A stretch of DNA of 64,000 bases from Promethearchaeota archaeon (lineage in GTDB: Archaea > Asgardarchaeota > Lokiarchaeia > Sigyniarchaeales > SOKP01). The position numbers were made by a program, and so were the translations under genes. Positions 50,393-60,149 of the stretch are shown piece by piece. Position 1 is the stretch's first letter. Each line of letters opens with the position of its first letter. Where the stretch lies: contig JBHLMQ010000004.1 of assembly GCA_048938005.1 (NCBI GenBank), forward strand, positions 66,447-130,446, given 5' to 3'. The notes below the pieces were generated by a model. The model did no database searches and was not told where the DNA came from. It saw only the letters and a list, made by a program, of their open reading frames with translations.

Positions 50393-51436
50393 TTAAAGTA
50401 AAAAAATTATCCACATTCCAAATCCAGTCAAAAAAGGATTTAAAATGTTATCTGAAATATTTTTCGCAAATGCATCTACCAGTAAGAATAAAATAGTAGC
50501 AATTATTCCCATAAAAAGAATTTTCTCAATTCTCACAGGCATCCAGGGATGATATAATAAAGAGATTATAATTACTATCATAAAGGTTGTTAAGCCGCCA
50601 GCGATAAATCCTTCTAAAGTTTTTTTAGAATTTGTTTTAAGGCTATGTTTTCCATATTTTTTACCTATAATGCAGGCTACAGCATCTGCTGCTGTAGTTA
50701 TTAAGGCAACAGCTGCGAAGATAGGAAATGGCGCGAATATAAAAGGCGAAAAAGATAAGACCAATGGTGTAGATGCTATAAAAGTATCTAATTCGCATTG
50801 TTTCATATCCATATACCAACGCTTAGCCCATTTTGGGATCATATAAAATTTATTTAATCGAGCCAGGTCTGCCACTTGAAACATAATTACAAAACCATAA
50901 CCAATAGTGATTATCAACCAGAAAGAAAAACTGTAATTATCTAAACCCCACTGAGTTAAAATACCAAGATCATCAAGAATCAATCCTAATGTCCAAAAGA
51001 AAAAAATTATAAAGCAAGTAAATAAATGTAAAAATTTTCTTCCTAATTCGCTTTTTAAATCATCTACCCAATTTTTATTAAATTCTTCACAAAATTTGCT
51101 ATAATCCCTTCTTGCCATAATCTCAGGATTCCTTTTTGAAATAACATTATTATGTATTAATGTTATAATAAAAAATCCCATTTCAATTAAAAAGAAGATA
51201 GACGTAAATAACCATAAAAAATTTAAAGTAATTTGGCTCAAATAAGGTGAATGAAAATTATACATAAAAGGATATAAAACTCCTGCCATTAAAAATAATA
51301 AAGCAATTAAAAGTTCATTCGCAAATAAATGCTTTTCAATTTTAATTTTTCTATTTTTTATAATATAAATTAATGTCAATAAAAAATAACCAATTAAAAT
51401 TATGCTCGTAGGTAAAAAATACATATTGTTAAGCAT
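50393..51436 (-). CDS. Dolichol/phytol kinase-like membrane protein
   Basis: RKFLH, AD..A..IGKKYG, KKTLEG, SDN. Confidence 0.8.
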   Translation of the reverse strand: MLNNMYFLPTSIILIGYFLLTLIYIIKNRKIKIEKHLFANELLIALLFLMAGVLYPFMYNFHSPYLSQITLNFLWLFTSIFFLIEMGFFIITLIHNNVISKRNPEIMARRDYSKFCEEFNKNWVDDLKSELGRKFLHLFTCFIIFFFWTLGLILDDLGILTQWGLDNYSFSFWLIITIGYGFVIMFQVADLARLNKFYMIPKWAKRWYMDMKQCELDTFIASTPLVLSFSPFIFAPFPIFAAVALITTAADAVACIIGKKYGKHSLKTNSKKTLEGFIAGGLTTFMIVIIISLLYHPWMPVRIEKILFMGIIATILFLLVDAFAKNISDNILNPFLTGFGMWIIFLL

Positions 51437-51493
51437 TAAAGCTGAATTATTTAAAAATTTTTACTGCTATAACTCCAATATCCTCCTTCAAAT

Positions 51494-52597
51494 CTAAACC
51501 CAACTTAAAACAATAGAATAAAAATTGAAATTAAAAATAAATCTGATAAATATATAGGTCAGACTACAGCTAATCGGGATTAAGAGATTATCTGAAACAT
51601 TAATAGGTTTGCTTGTAAAAATATCTATTATTAAAAATACAGCAGCAAATAATAAAGCCCAAAAAACACCAATAAAAAAAAAGCAAATAAGAAAAGTTGT
51701 TATCAATCCAGCTATTGTTCCTTCCCAGGTCTTATCTTTATTCCATAATATATGTTTTTTTCCAAATCTTATACCAACTTGACTTGTCATCAAATCACTA
51801 ATCGAACTAATACCCAAAATAGCAAAAAATACCATTGGAGAACAGGTAAATGCTGCAAACATATGCCCAATCGCAAAATAGAGATAAGTGCCATAATTTA
51901 GTTTTTCCCTTTTAGAAAGGAATAATCTTGGAAAAATATTAAAAGGAAAATTGAGAAAACGAGATTTTCTAGTAAACTCATTAGCAAGTATAAATAGGCA
52001 TAAAACATAAAACGAGAAAAATAAAAGATAATAAAACCATCCTAATGATAAAAAAACATCAGCAATTGAATTTGGTTCGGTTATAATTCTTAAATACAAT
52101 AAAAACATATTATTTTCTTCAGGAATCATTCCAGCTGAGGTACCCGTATAAAATCTAACAACAGAAAGTCCAATATACCAAACAATTAGAAGACCCACAA
52201 AGATTAATATATGATTGAGCTTTCGAAGAGTATCTGTTTTAGCTTTGCTCCAAATTTCAAGTTTTACTTCAAATTCAATAGTGAATTTTGAAAAATCTTT
52301 TTTAAAAATATTTTTATATAAATACGCTATTACTGTAGTGATTATAATTAAGATCCCTATAATAATTAATGGAATCAATAAGAACATAATCCATAAAGGC
52401 ACGAAAACTGATTGAAGTACTATTTCCTGATTCATCAATAATAGAAATTGGGTTATATGAATAAAAACAAAAAATAAGGCATTAAACCCAAAAAAGTTAT
52501 TTAAAATATCTGATTTATGTGAGAAATATAAATAATTGAAAAGAATAAGAGAAAAAGAAAATATAATTATTAAATACCAAATAAGAAAGAATTCCAT
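51494..52597 (-). CDS. Dolichol/phytol kinase-like membrane protein (paralog)
   Basis: RKLNH, D.....G..FG, KTWEG, SDNL.IP. Confidence 0.8.
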   Translation of the reverse strand: MEFFLIWYLIIIFSFSLILFNYLYFSHKSDILNNFFGFNALFFVFIHITQFLLLMNQEIVLQSVFVPLWIMFLLIPLIIIGILIIITTVIAYLYKNIFKKDFSKFTIEFEVKLEIWSKAKTDTLRKLNHILIFVGLLIVWYIGLSVVRFYTGTSAGMIPEENNMFLLYLRIITEPNSIADVFLSLGWFYYLLFFSFYVLCLFILANEFTRKSRFLNFPFNIFPRLFLSKREKLNYGTYLYFAIGHMFAAFTCSPMVFFAILGISSISDLMTSQVGIRFGKKHILWNKDKTWEGTIAGLITTFLICFFFIGVFWALLFAAVFLIIDIFTSKPINVSDNLLIPISCSLTYIFIRFIFNFNFYSIVLSWV

Positions 52598-52761
52598 AAT
52601 TTTGATGATTTATTCGATAATTATTATATATTTGGTCATAAAAATTAATTAAATCTATGTGTTGCAAACTCTAATGAAATTATTAATTTCAAAATAAACC
52701 ACATCAAAAAATTTACAACGAAATTTATCTTATAATAAGTTAGTTTTCAAATTCCAACAGT

Positions 52762-53385
52762 GTGGAACGAATTTTGAAAAAAATTATTCTAGCTTCAAAG
52801 TCAATTGATCGAAGTGAAATCCTTAAGCGGGCAGGGATTCCATTTGAAACATGTATTACTAATATTGATGAGGAGAAATATAAAACTAGTATTTCAAACG
52901 CGGTTGAACTTGTACAAGAACTTGCTAAAGCAAAAGCTTTATTCGCAAAAAATAAATTGTCCAAGAATAACTTAGATGCGATAATTATCGCCGCGGATAC
53001 TATAGTAGAGTTAAATAGAGAAATTATCGGGAAAGCATATCATGAAGAACAAGCATTTAAGATTCTTAAAAAATTAATGGGAAAGACTCATAAACTTATA
53101 ACAGGAATAACTATCACTGAAACTAAAAACCCAAAAATAATAATCGATTCAGACACCACAATTGTTGAATTCCTTGAACTTTCTGACGAAGAAATATGGG
53201 AATATATTAAAACTAACGAATGGAAAGAAAGAGCTGGAGCTTATTCAATAATGGATAAGGCAAGTTTGTTTATAAACAAAATAAATGGTTCATCCTCCAA
53301 TGTAATAGGTTTACCTATGCATAAAATTTATAAAATTTTAAGAAAAGAATTTGGATTAAATTTATTTCAAATCGAGAGTATGTAA
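52762..53385 (+). CDS. maf: Maf family nucleoside triphosphate pyrophosphatase
   Basis: ILASKS..R, AKAK, ADTIV, AGAY, NVIGLP. Confidence 0.93.
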   Translation: MERILKKIILASKSIDRSEILKRAGIPFETCITNIDEEKYKTSISNAVELVQELAKAKALFAKNKLSKNNLDAIIIAADTIVELNREIIGKAYHEEQAFKILKKLMGKTHKLITGITITETKNPKIIIDSDTTIVEFLELSDEEIWEYIKTNEWKERAGAYSIMDKASLFINKINGSSSNVIGLPMHKIYKILRKEFGLNLFQIESM

Positions 53386-53393
53386 TTTAAACT

Positions 53394-53972
53394 ATGGTTA
53401 AACTCAATATTTGTGTGGGTTCTTTAAACCCTACGAAAGTAAATGCCGTAAAAGCAGCATTTAGTAGATATTTTAAGAATTTTAAGGTCTATAACATTAA
53501 AGCAGATTCAAAGGTACCGAATCAACCAATTGGATTAAAAAGTATCATTGAGGGAGCAATTAGCAGAGCCACACATTCACTAAATTATATTATTTGTAAA
53601 AAAAGGATTCTACATAATATATTTGGCGTTGGAATTGAAGCGGGACTTGCAGAGGTACCCTATACTAAAACAGGGTTTATGGATTTCCAATTTTGTGCTA
53701 TTATTAATGAAGGAAAAAAAATTTCTTTAGGGGCCGGTGTTGCATTCGAATATCCAAAGTTTGTGATAGATCAAATTTTAAAAGATCAAAATAAAGAAAT
53801 TGGTGAAATTATAGGAAAGTTAGCAGGAAATGAAAATTTAAAAAACGAATCAGGAGCTATCAGTTTTTTAAGTAAAAATAACATTACAAGAACAGAAATC
53901 CTAACTAAAGCCATTATTTGTGCATTACTTCCCTTTATTAACGAAGATTTGTATAATATTACCGAAAAGTAA
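53394..53972 (+). CDS. yjjX: Inosine/xanthosine triphosphatase
   Basis: GSLNPTK, S.VP.QP, GVGIEAG, GAI.FL. Confidence 0.9.
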   Translation: MVKLNICVGSLNPTKVNAVKAAFSRYFKNFKVYNIKADSKVPNQPIGLKSIIEGAISRATHSLNYIICKKRILHNIFGVGIEAGLAEVPYTKTGFMDFQFCAIINEGKKISLGAGVAFEYPKFVIDQILKDQNKEIGEIIGKLAGNENLKNESGAISFLSKNNITRTEILTKAIICALLPFINEDLYNITEK

Positions 53973-53992
53973 AAAGAGAAAAATAATTGAGC

Positions 53993-54163
53993 TTAATCTT
54001 CTGAAAACGCCTTCCAAACTTTTAAATCTTCATAAAATTTTAAGATTTTCTCAAATCTAGAAATCAAATTATCATAATAATCATGATCAGCATACTTCCT
54101 CTTAGACAGCTCTTTTGCGATTGCAATTCCATTTTTATAACGCGATATTTTTTCCTCAATCAC
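53993..54163 (-). CDS. Small hypothetical protein (56 aa, not in ORF track)
   Basis: GTG start; MIEEKISRYKNGIAIAKELSKRKYADHDYYDNLISRFEKILKFYEDLKVWKAFSED. Confidence 0.55.
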   Translation of the reverse strand: MIEEKISRYKNGIAIAKELSKRKYADHDYYDNLISRFEKILKFYEDLKVWKAFSED

Positions 54164-54237
54164 ATTTCTTTTTCATTTATATTGTTATATAAAACACAAA
54201 AATATCGCGGTAATATCACTAGGTAAAAAACATTTTA

Positions 54238-55182
54238 TTATTTTAATGAGAGAATTTTATCCAAATCCACTTTTTTTACATTTAATAACTCTGATTCTGG
54301 TAATCTTTCTGTAAGTAAGCACCAATTTTTATCTTTCTTAAATATTTCTTTAAATATTTCTAGCGCTTCATCCATTCTATTATTATTTGCTAATGATATA
54401 GCTGTCCAATACCTCATTTCAAGATTTTCTGGAAACATTTCCATGGAAGCATTGTATTCTTCAAGTGCCTTACTCATATCACCTTGTTCAATAGCAAGAT
54501 CACCATTATTCATATGCTCATAGGCACGCCACACTTTCAATAATCTACCAATTTCTTTTAATGGTTCTAAATGATCCTCTACTCTAAGATCAATGATAGG
54601 ATCATCCCATTTATTTTCTGGTGCCTCACCAGCAACCACCAGCAATGCAGCAGATTGTTTACCTCTTATATCTCCACCAACTGATTCAGCAGCTTCTAAG
54701 CATTTGATTATACGTTCTGGTAAAGGTAAATTTTTAAAATTTTTATAAGCATCTGCCATAGCGGACCATACTTTATCAGAAAGCATCATATTTGCTTGAA
54801 CAGAAAAATTCTCGCCTTTTATGTGACCAGCATGCTTTATACATTTTGATCCTGTATGTGTAGCCACCCTTCCTTGAGTATCCAAAATAGAAACTTGTCT
54901 TACATCTCTCCCATCATCATCTGAGAGAAGTATGTCTATAGCTTCTTGAGGTGATTTACCTTGCCTTAAGATATCAAGTCCTCGTAGTCCAAAAGATTTA
55001 TTAACAAGCGACTGGGTAGCGACTACTCCAATCCCTGCCTCTCCCCATGAAACGACACTCCCCACAGAAAACCAATGACTTTGTACACCAACACCCATTT
55101 TTCCAGTTTCAGGGTCTCTAGCAACAATAGAGTAAGTATTAGCGAAAATGTTATAATTGGATTGATTAAACTTTGGAATCAT
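54238..55182 (-). CDS. DUF1028 (Ntn-hydrolase-like) protein with TPR
   Basis: TYSIVARD, VATQS, GGD.RG.QSAA, DLRV.DH. Confidence 0.9.
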   Translation of the reverse strand: MIPKFNQSNYNIFANTYSIVARDPETGKMGVGVQSHWFSVGSVVSWGEAGIGVVATQSLVNKSFGLRGLDILRQGKSPQEAIDILLSDDDGRDVRQVSILDTQGRVATHTGSKCIKHAGHIKGENFSVQANMMLSDKVWSAMADAYKNFKNLPLPERIIKCLEAAESVGGDIRGKQSAALLVVAGEAPENKWDDPIIDLRVEDHLEPLKEIGRLLKVWRAYEHMNNGDLAIEQGDMSKALEEYNASMEMFPENLEMRYWTAISLANNNRMDEALEIFKEIFKKDKNWCLLTERLPESELLNVKKVDLDKILSLK

Positions 55183-55322
55183 AATTAGAGATTGGTTTAA
55201 ATGTTAATTAAATTTTTATAATTCGCTTTTATTACTATTGATATTTCTAAACGAAAAAAATTAAATTCTTTTATAATTTAAAAACTTAATAAAAATTATT
55301 ACTTCAATTAAGATGATAAAAA

Positions 55323-55661
55323 ATGGCTAAAAAATACAAAAATGAGCAATTAATGAAGTTCTTGGTTATAATCGGCGCCATTGTAGGTTTAATTACATTA
55401 ATCTTAGGGCTCGCTCATATCCAGAATTATGCATATGTTGATCCAGTATTTACAACACTAGGTGAAATTGTTAATTTCATAATTGGTTTGGTAATAGTTG
55501 TTTTAACATTTTTGGTTGCACTAAGACCAAACAACCCAATCCCATTTCATTGGCTTGTTTTCATTATATTAGCAGTTTTATTAGTACTGTTTGGTGCAGG
55601 AATTTGGGCGTGTGTTTTATTAATTATTGCTGGTCTAATTGGGATAATAGAAGTTTTATAA
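55323..55661 (+). CDS. Small multi-pass membrane protein
   Basis: Mostly hydrophobic 112-aa ORF. Confidence 0.7.
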   Translation: MAKKYKNEQLMKFLVIIGAIVGLITLILGLAHIQNYAYVDPVFTTLGEIVNFIIGLVIVVLTFLVALRPNNPIPFHWLVFIILAVLLVLFGAGIWACVLLIIAGLIGIIEVL

Positions 55662-55708
55662 GAAGTAGATTCTAAATCAAAATTTAATTTATAATTTTTT
55701 TTACTTTT

Positions 55709-56581
55709 CTAAGATTCTGCATTTTCAAGAAAGTATGCAATAATTTCCTCAGCAATGTTAATATCTGTAACTTTTTGTAATGCAGTAAATCCAGGTATGG
55801 AATTAACTTCCAATACAGTAAATCCCTTTTCACTCTCAATTATATCCACTCCAGCAATTTCCGTTTTAGTGATCTCTGCTGCTTTAATAGCAAGACTTTT
55901 TATTTCATTGGTTATTTCTATGGGTTCTGCTCTTGCACCAGCATAGATATTTGTTTTCCAATCGTTGCCCACTCTATACATACCGGCAACAACTTTATTT
56001 CCCAATACTAAAATCCGAATATCTCGATTGTAATGCTCAACAAATTCTTGCAGATAAAAAATTTGGTTTACCTGACTTAATGAATAAATAATATTTTCAG
56101 CAAAACCTTTATCATTCAATCTAGTTATTCCTATTCCCTTTGAACCATATAGGGGTTTTAGGACACAATCTCCTCCTAATTCATCAAACGCTTCTAAAGC
56201 TTTATGGGGATCTTCGCATATTACTGTTCTTGGAGTAGGTATTTGGTATTTTTCCAAAAATATTGATGTTAAAAATTTATCACTTGCGATTTCTAACGAT
56301 TCTCTCGAATTAATCAGTTTTACATCATATTCTTCTATTGCTCTTAAAATATCTAATCTAAAAAAGATTTTCTGAGTAGCTGCTGCTCCAAACCCTCTTA
56401 CAAGAGCTGCTTTGGGTTCAAGTGCCTCAAACTGTTCGGAAAATTTATGTTGGAAACCGATTCCCACTTTAACGGTTGAGGGAATGAAGTATTGAACCTT
56501 GTATCCACGTTTTTTAAACTCATTGGAAAGAATTTGGATTTCTGGGTCTTTTGAATAAGGAGTTATTATCATCGATTTCAT
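55709..56581 (-). CDS. RimK/MptN family ATP-grasp alpha-L-glutamate ligase
   Basis: KPLYGS.G, QEF, DIR, WKTN, GVD, EVNS.PG. Confidence 0.9.
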   Translation of the reverse strand: MKSMIITPYSKDPEIQILSNEFKKRGYKVQYFIPSTVKVGIGFQHKFSEQFEALEPKAALVRGFGAAATQKIFFRLDILRAIEEYDVKLINSRESLEIASDKFLTSIFLEKYQIPTPRTVICEDPHKALEAFDELGGDCVLKPLYGSKGIGITRLNDKGFAENIIYSLSQVNQIFYLQEFVEHYNRDIRILVLGNKVVAGMYRVGNDWKTNIYAGARAEPIEITNEIKSLAIKAAEITKTEIAGVDIIESEKGFTVLEVNSIPGFTALQKVTDINIAEEIIAYFLENAES

Positions 56582-56662
56582 CTTAATTTCACTTTAAAAT
56601 AAATTACTTAATTACTCTATAGCACTAATTTTTAAATAAATTTAAGTTCTTATAAAATATAT

Positions 56663-57292
56663 ATGAAATCAATGGATCCTAAAGACACTGAAAATGAAAT
56701 TGAGAAATTATCACATATGTTAAGTAAGATACAAAATATATACTATAAAAAAAACGAACAACTTGAAGAATTACAATCAGAAATAAGTGAATTAAGAGAA
56801 GTGTTAAATTTCTTAAACTCACTTATATCAGGTAAATCCTTTCATAGTGCAGATGAGGTTTATTCAAAAACATTGTTTAAAAAAACAGTTCCTTCCCTTG
56901 AAGAACAATATTTTGTAGAAGAACTTCCTAAAGAGAGAGTTGAAGGAACAAATATCAAAAGAAAAATTTATTCTAAAAGCACGGATAAAGATGAGGAATT
57001 ATTATCCATCTTGAATTTTTTTGATATGAATAGAGTTGAGATTAAAATTATTAACCCAAAAAAGATATCATTGAAAGAAACATCTGAAGATTTCATACGT
57101 ACTTTTATAAAGGGAGCCTTAATTAAAATTAAAGAAAATAATCCTAATATGAATCTGAAATATGATTATTTTAAGGATTCAGAATATATAGAGAAAATTA
57201 CTATAACTCAACTCACATCAATAAAAGAATATGATATAATTACTTCAAAAATGAGAGAACTCTTAGCCAAAGAAATCAAATCGGATGGTTAA
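56663..57292 (+). CDS. Hypothetical protein with N-terminal coiled coil
   Basis: 209-aa ORF with a heptad pattern. Confidence 0.65.
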   Translation: MKSMDPKDTENEIEKLSHMLSKIQNIYYKKNEQLEELQSEISELREVLNFLNSLISGKSFHSADEVYSKTLFKKTVPSLEEQYFVEELPKERVEGTNIKRKIYSKSTDKDEELLSILNFFDMNRVEIKIINPKKISLKETSEDFIRTFIKGALIKIKENNPNMNLKYDYFKDSEYIEKITITQLTSIKEYDIITSKMRELLAKEIKSDG

Positions 57293-57459
57293 ATTTTATA
57301 TTAAATCTTAGAATTATGAGAAGGATTCATATAAACTGATTCTATTTAGAACCAAAATATTATATTGAGATAATATATTGTTTAATTAAAATAGGAAAAA
57401 TTAATTATTCAAAAATTCTTATTTATTTTAACATATCTACCATAAGAAGTGTAATAATT

Positions 57460-58272
57460 TTGGCAAAGAAAAAATCTTGGCTACAAATGCCAATTGTCCA
57501 CTCGAAATTTCACGATGAAAAATTAGAGAGCGTTTTGATTAAGAAATCTATAGATTTTTTAACTGGTGAAAAAGGTGAAGCACCATCTTTTTTATTCCTT
57601 TCAGGAGCTTTTTTTGATGTAAAATCATTCGCTTACTCTGGACTAAGAGCTTGGAAAGGTGCTGTAAAGCCATCAGAAGATAATGGAGGGAGAAGGCCTG
57701 TTTTAGAAGCTACTTTTGCTTCTTTATCTGTTTATTTAAGCTCATTATTAGCGCTTCAAGCAGATTTTTATTTTGCGTATGATGAAATTAAAGATATATT
57801 ATTAGAAAAAAAAAGAGAGGATCTCTGGACTATTGTCTCAGAAAAATTACCATTCATTTCTATACCTCCAAAAGAAATGTATGGGTCCCAAGTATCTCCA
57901 ATCTCACCTTATTTCGTAATTAAACAAGATGAAGATTTAACACTAGGAGAAATTTACCCATCAACATATTTATCTCAAATAATTAAGAACATTAAAACGA
58001 GATTTTTCGTTTTCTTCCAATTCCAAGGTTACTCTGCTTTTGGATTTTTTAATGCATTACCAGAACTTTCAAAATTTGGGTTTGAGGAGCACGCAAGAGA
58101 TTTTAATGAAGACCCCACAGCAGAAAATTTAATAAAATATTCAAAAAATGCAAAAAATGTTAAAGAAATACTAATAGCACTTATACATTCTCATAATAAT
58201 GCTTTACTCGAACAATTTCTAATACCTGATTATGAATTATTGTTAAATAAATTATTAGAAGGTGAAGCATAG
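57460..58272 (+). CDS. Hypothetical protein, operonic with the GTPase gene
   Basis: 270-aa ORF ending 3 nt before the GTPase start. Confidence 0.7.
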   Translation: MAKKKSWLQMPIVHSKFHDEKLESVLIKKSIDFLTGEKGEAPSFLFLSGAFFDVKSFAYSGLRAWKGAVKPSEDNGGRRPVLEATFASLSVYLSSLLALQADFYFAYDEIKDILLEKKREDLWTIVSEKLPFISIPPKEMYGSQVSPISPYFVIKQDEDLTLGEIYPSTYLSQIIKNIKTRFFVFFQFQGYSAFGFFNALPELSKFGFEEHARDFNEDPTAENLIKYSKNAKNVKEILIALIHSHNNALLEQFLIPDYELLLNKLLEGEA

Positions 58273-58275
58273 AAA

Positions 58276-58911
58276 ATGGTAAACATTGGGCTTTTGGGTG
58301 ACGTAAGTGTTGGAAAAACAAGTATCCTTAGATTATTCGTTAGATATTTAAAAAAGGGTGACATTGAAAAGGTTAAAGGCGGAACAAAATGCTCAGTTGT
58401 TAAAGCTGATTTTTCTGGAGAGGCGACTGTTCCTGGAGGTGAAAAAGAAGATACACTAGATGAAAAAGAAACAAAAACAATTCATCCAAATAGAATTGTT
58501 TTTAGGGAAGATGCAACAAATAAAGCACATACTATTTTTGCGCCAGGTGGTGACAGATCTAGGGCTGTAGTAAAGATGGGAATCATTACAATATCCCGTA
58601 TCGCAACACAAATAATAGCTGTTTTCTCATGTGATAGAGATTTAAAAAGACAATTTGAGTTCTTTAATGATGTACGATTTTTTCCTGACAAAATCTATGT
58701 CTGTATCAATAAAGTTGATCTGGTTGAAGGGGATAGAGATAAAACACTTGAAGAGGTAAAGTCACAGATTAGTGATTTTTTTGGAGCTAGGAAAATAGCT
58801 ATTAATGACACTTTTATTACTTGCGGTGAAACGGTTGAGGGATTTGAGGATGTTGAGACATTTAATAACCAAGTTGCAGAAATGATTTTAGAAATTACTA
58901 CAAAACATTAA
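58276..58911 (+). CDS. Divergent small GTPase-like P-loop protein
   Basis: G1 GDVSVGKT, G4 INKVD, G3 position reads APGG. Confidence 0.8.
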   Translation: MVNIGLLGDVSVGKTSILRLFVRYLKKGDIEKVKGGTKCSVVKADFSGEATVPGGEKEDTLDEKETKTIHPNRIVFREDATNKAHTIFAPGGDRSRAVVKMGIITISRIATQIIAVFSCDRDLKRQFEFFNDVRFFPDKIYVCINKVDLVEGDRDKTLEEVKSQISDFFGARKIAINDTFITCGETVEGFEDVETFNNQVAEMILEITTKH

Positions 58912-58956
58912 AATTTTTATGCTTTTGCTTTTCAGAAATATATATTGACTTATTTT

Positions 58957-59472
58957 TTAGTTTTTCAATTTTAAAGCAATTTTCAAAAATAATTTTTCTA
59001 AATCTAATAAGTATCCAATTAATGGCGTCAAACTGACTCTATTCGAAGTCTTTTCAAAAGTAACAAAACCCATTTTTTTTAAATCTTTGAGATCTTCAAT
59101 CACACCTTTTTTTTTCCTTATTTCTTTTATTTTTTTGATAGTTGTTTCACCAGAACTATTAAAGCAACATATCAAGGTACAATATAGAGTTGCTGCTAAT
59201 CTAGGATTTCCCTCAAATGGATTTGCTGAAATGATTTCAGTAGTTTCGGGATCAAAAGATATATACCAATAAGAATTCAGGGGATTAAATCTAACTTGAA
59301 GGCCCAAGGGCTCAAGATAATTCGATAAGTTATTAATTAAATTTTGAAAATAAATTGATTTATTCCTATTTTTAACATTTAACGCATTAAGGATCTCTTC
59401 TTTAGTAGCGCCTATTTGAGAATCATTTGATTTTTTACCTAGAAAATGCATCAAAACGGTTAATTCATTCAC
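58957..59472 (-). CDS. KITE-like (ScpB/Nse1/Nse3-type) tandem winged-helix protein
   Basis: Two wHTH-like segments; third gene of the smc operon. Confidence 0.55.
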   Translation of the reverse strand: MNELTVLMHFLGKKSNDSQIGATKEEILNALNVKNRNKSIYFQNLINNLSNYLEPLGLQVRFNPLNSYWYISFDPETTEIISANPFEGNPRLAATLYCTLICCFNSSGETTIKKIKEIRKKKGVIEDLKDLKKMGFVTFEKTSNRVSLTPLIGYLLDLEKLFLKIALKLKN

Positions 59473-59488
59473 TTTTTAATCAACTCTT

Positions 59489-60136
59489 TCATAAATATAA
59501 AAAATTTGTTTCTTTTTGATATTTTATTTTACCTAACTGAAGAAGGTGTAAAAGATATACAAAATTTTCAAAAATTTTTATTTGATCATACTCATCTTCG
59601 AAAATCTCGTCATATGAACACGGTAATTTATTTTTAATTATATTGAAGAATAACATCATTTTTTCAGTAAATTTCTTTGTAGGTATTTCTAATAAAAAAC
59701 TTTCTTTTGAAACTATTTTATCAATGGATTCAATAATAAGGGGTTCCCCTTTTGGGGTAACCAATTTATCTTTCGAATATTCAAGAAATTTCAAGGAAAG
59801 AACATCAATGATAAATGGTTCTCTCCAACAATCATCAAATAATTGATAAATTTCTTTATCTTTTGGATTTGTCTTTATAAGGTCAAAGAATTTCTCTTTA
59901 TTATCTAAGTAACTGAGGAATATTTTTAATTCTTCAAATTTTTGGTATAGTAGTTGAAATGCATCATTATATGTCATGGAATACTTATTTATATTATATA
60001 TATTAAGAGAATCTTTCAAATCCTCAAAAATTGAAACTAGTTCTATATCTAACAATGAAACCTCTCCTGAAAGGACTTTATTTTTAATGCTTTCAATCTT
60101 TTTATTTATTTCTTCAGAGAAATCTTGATATTCCAT
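59489..60136 (-). CDS. Kleisin (ScpA/Nse4-like)
   Basis: C-terminal FENFVYLLHLLQLGKIKYQ resembles the kleisin winged helix; follows smc. Confidence 0.7.
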   Translation of the reverse strand: MEYQDFSEEINKKIESIKNKVLSGEVSLLDIELVSIFEDLKDSLNIYNINKYSMTYNDAFQLLYQKFEELKIFLSYLDNKEKFFDLIKTNPKDKEIYQLFDDCWREPFIIDVLSLKFLEYSKDKLVTPKGEPLIIESIDKIVSKESFLLEIPTKKFTEKMMLFFNIIKNKLPCSYDEIFEDEYDQIKIFENFVYLLHLLQLGKIKYQKETNFLYL

Positions 60137-60149
60137 TATATATCATAAA

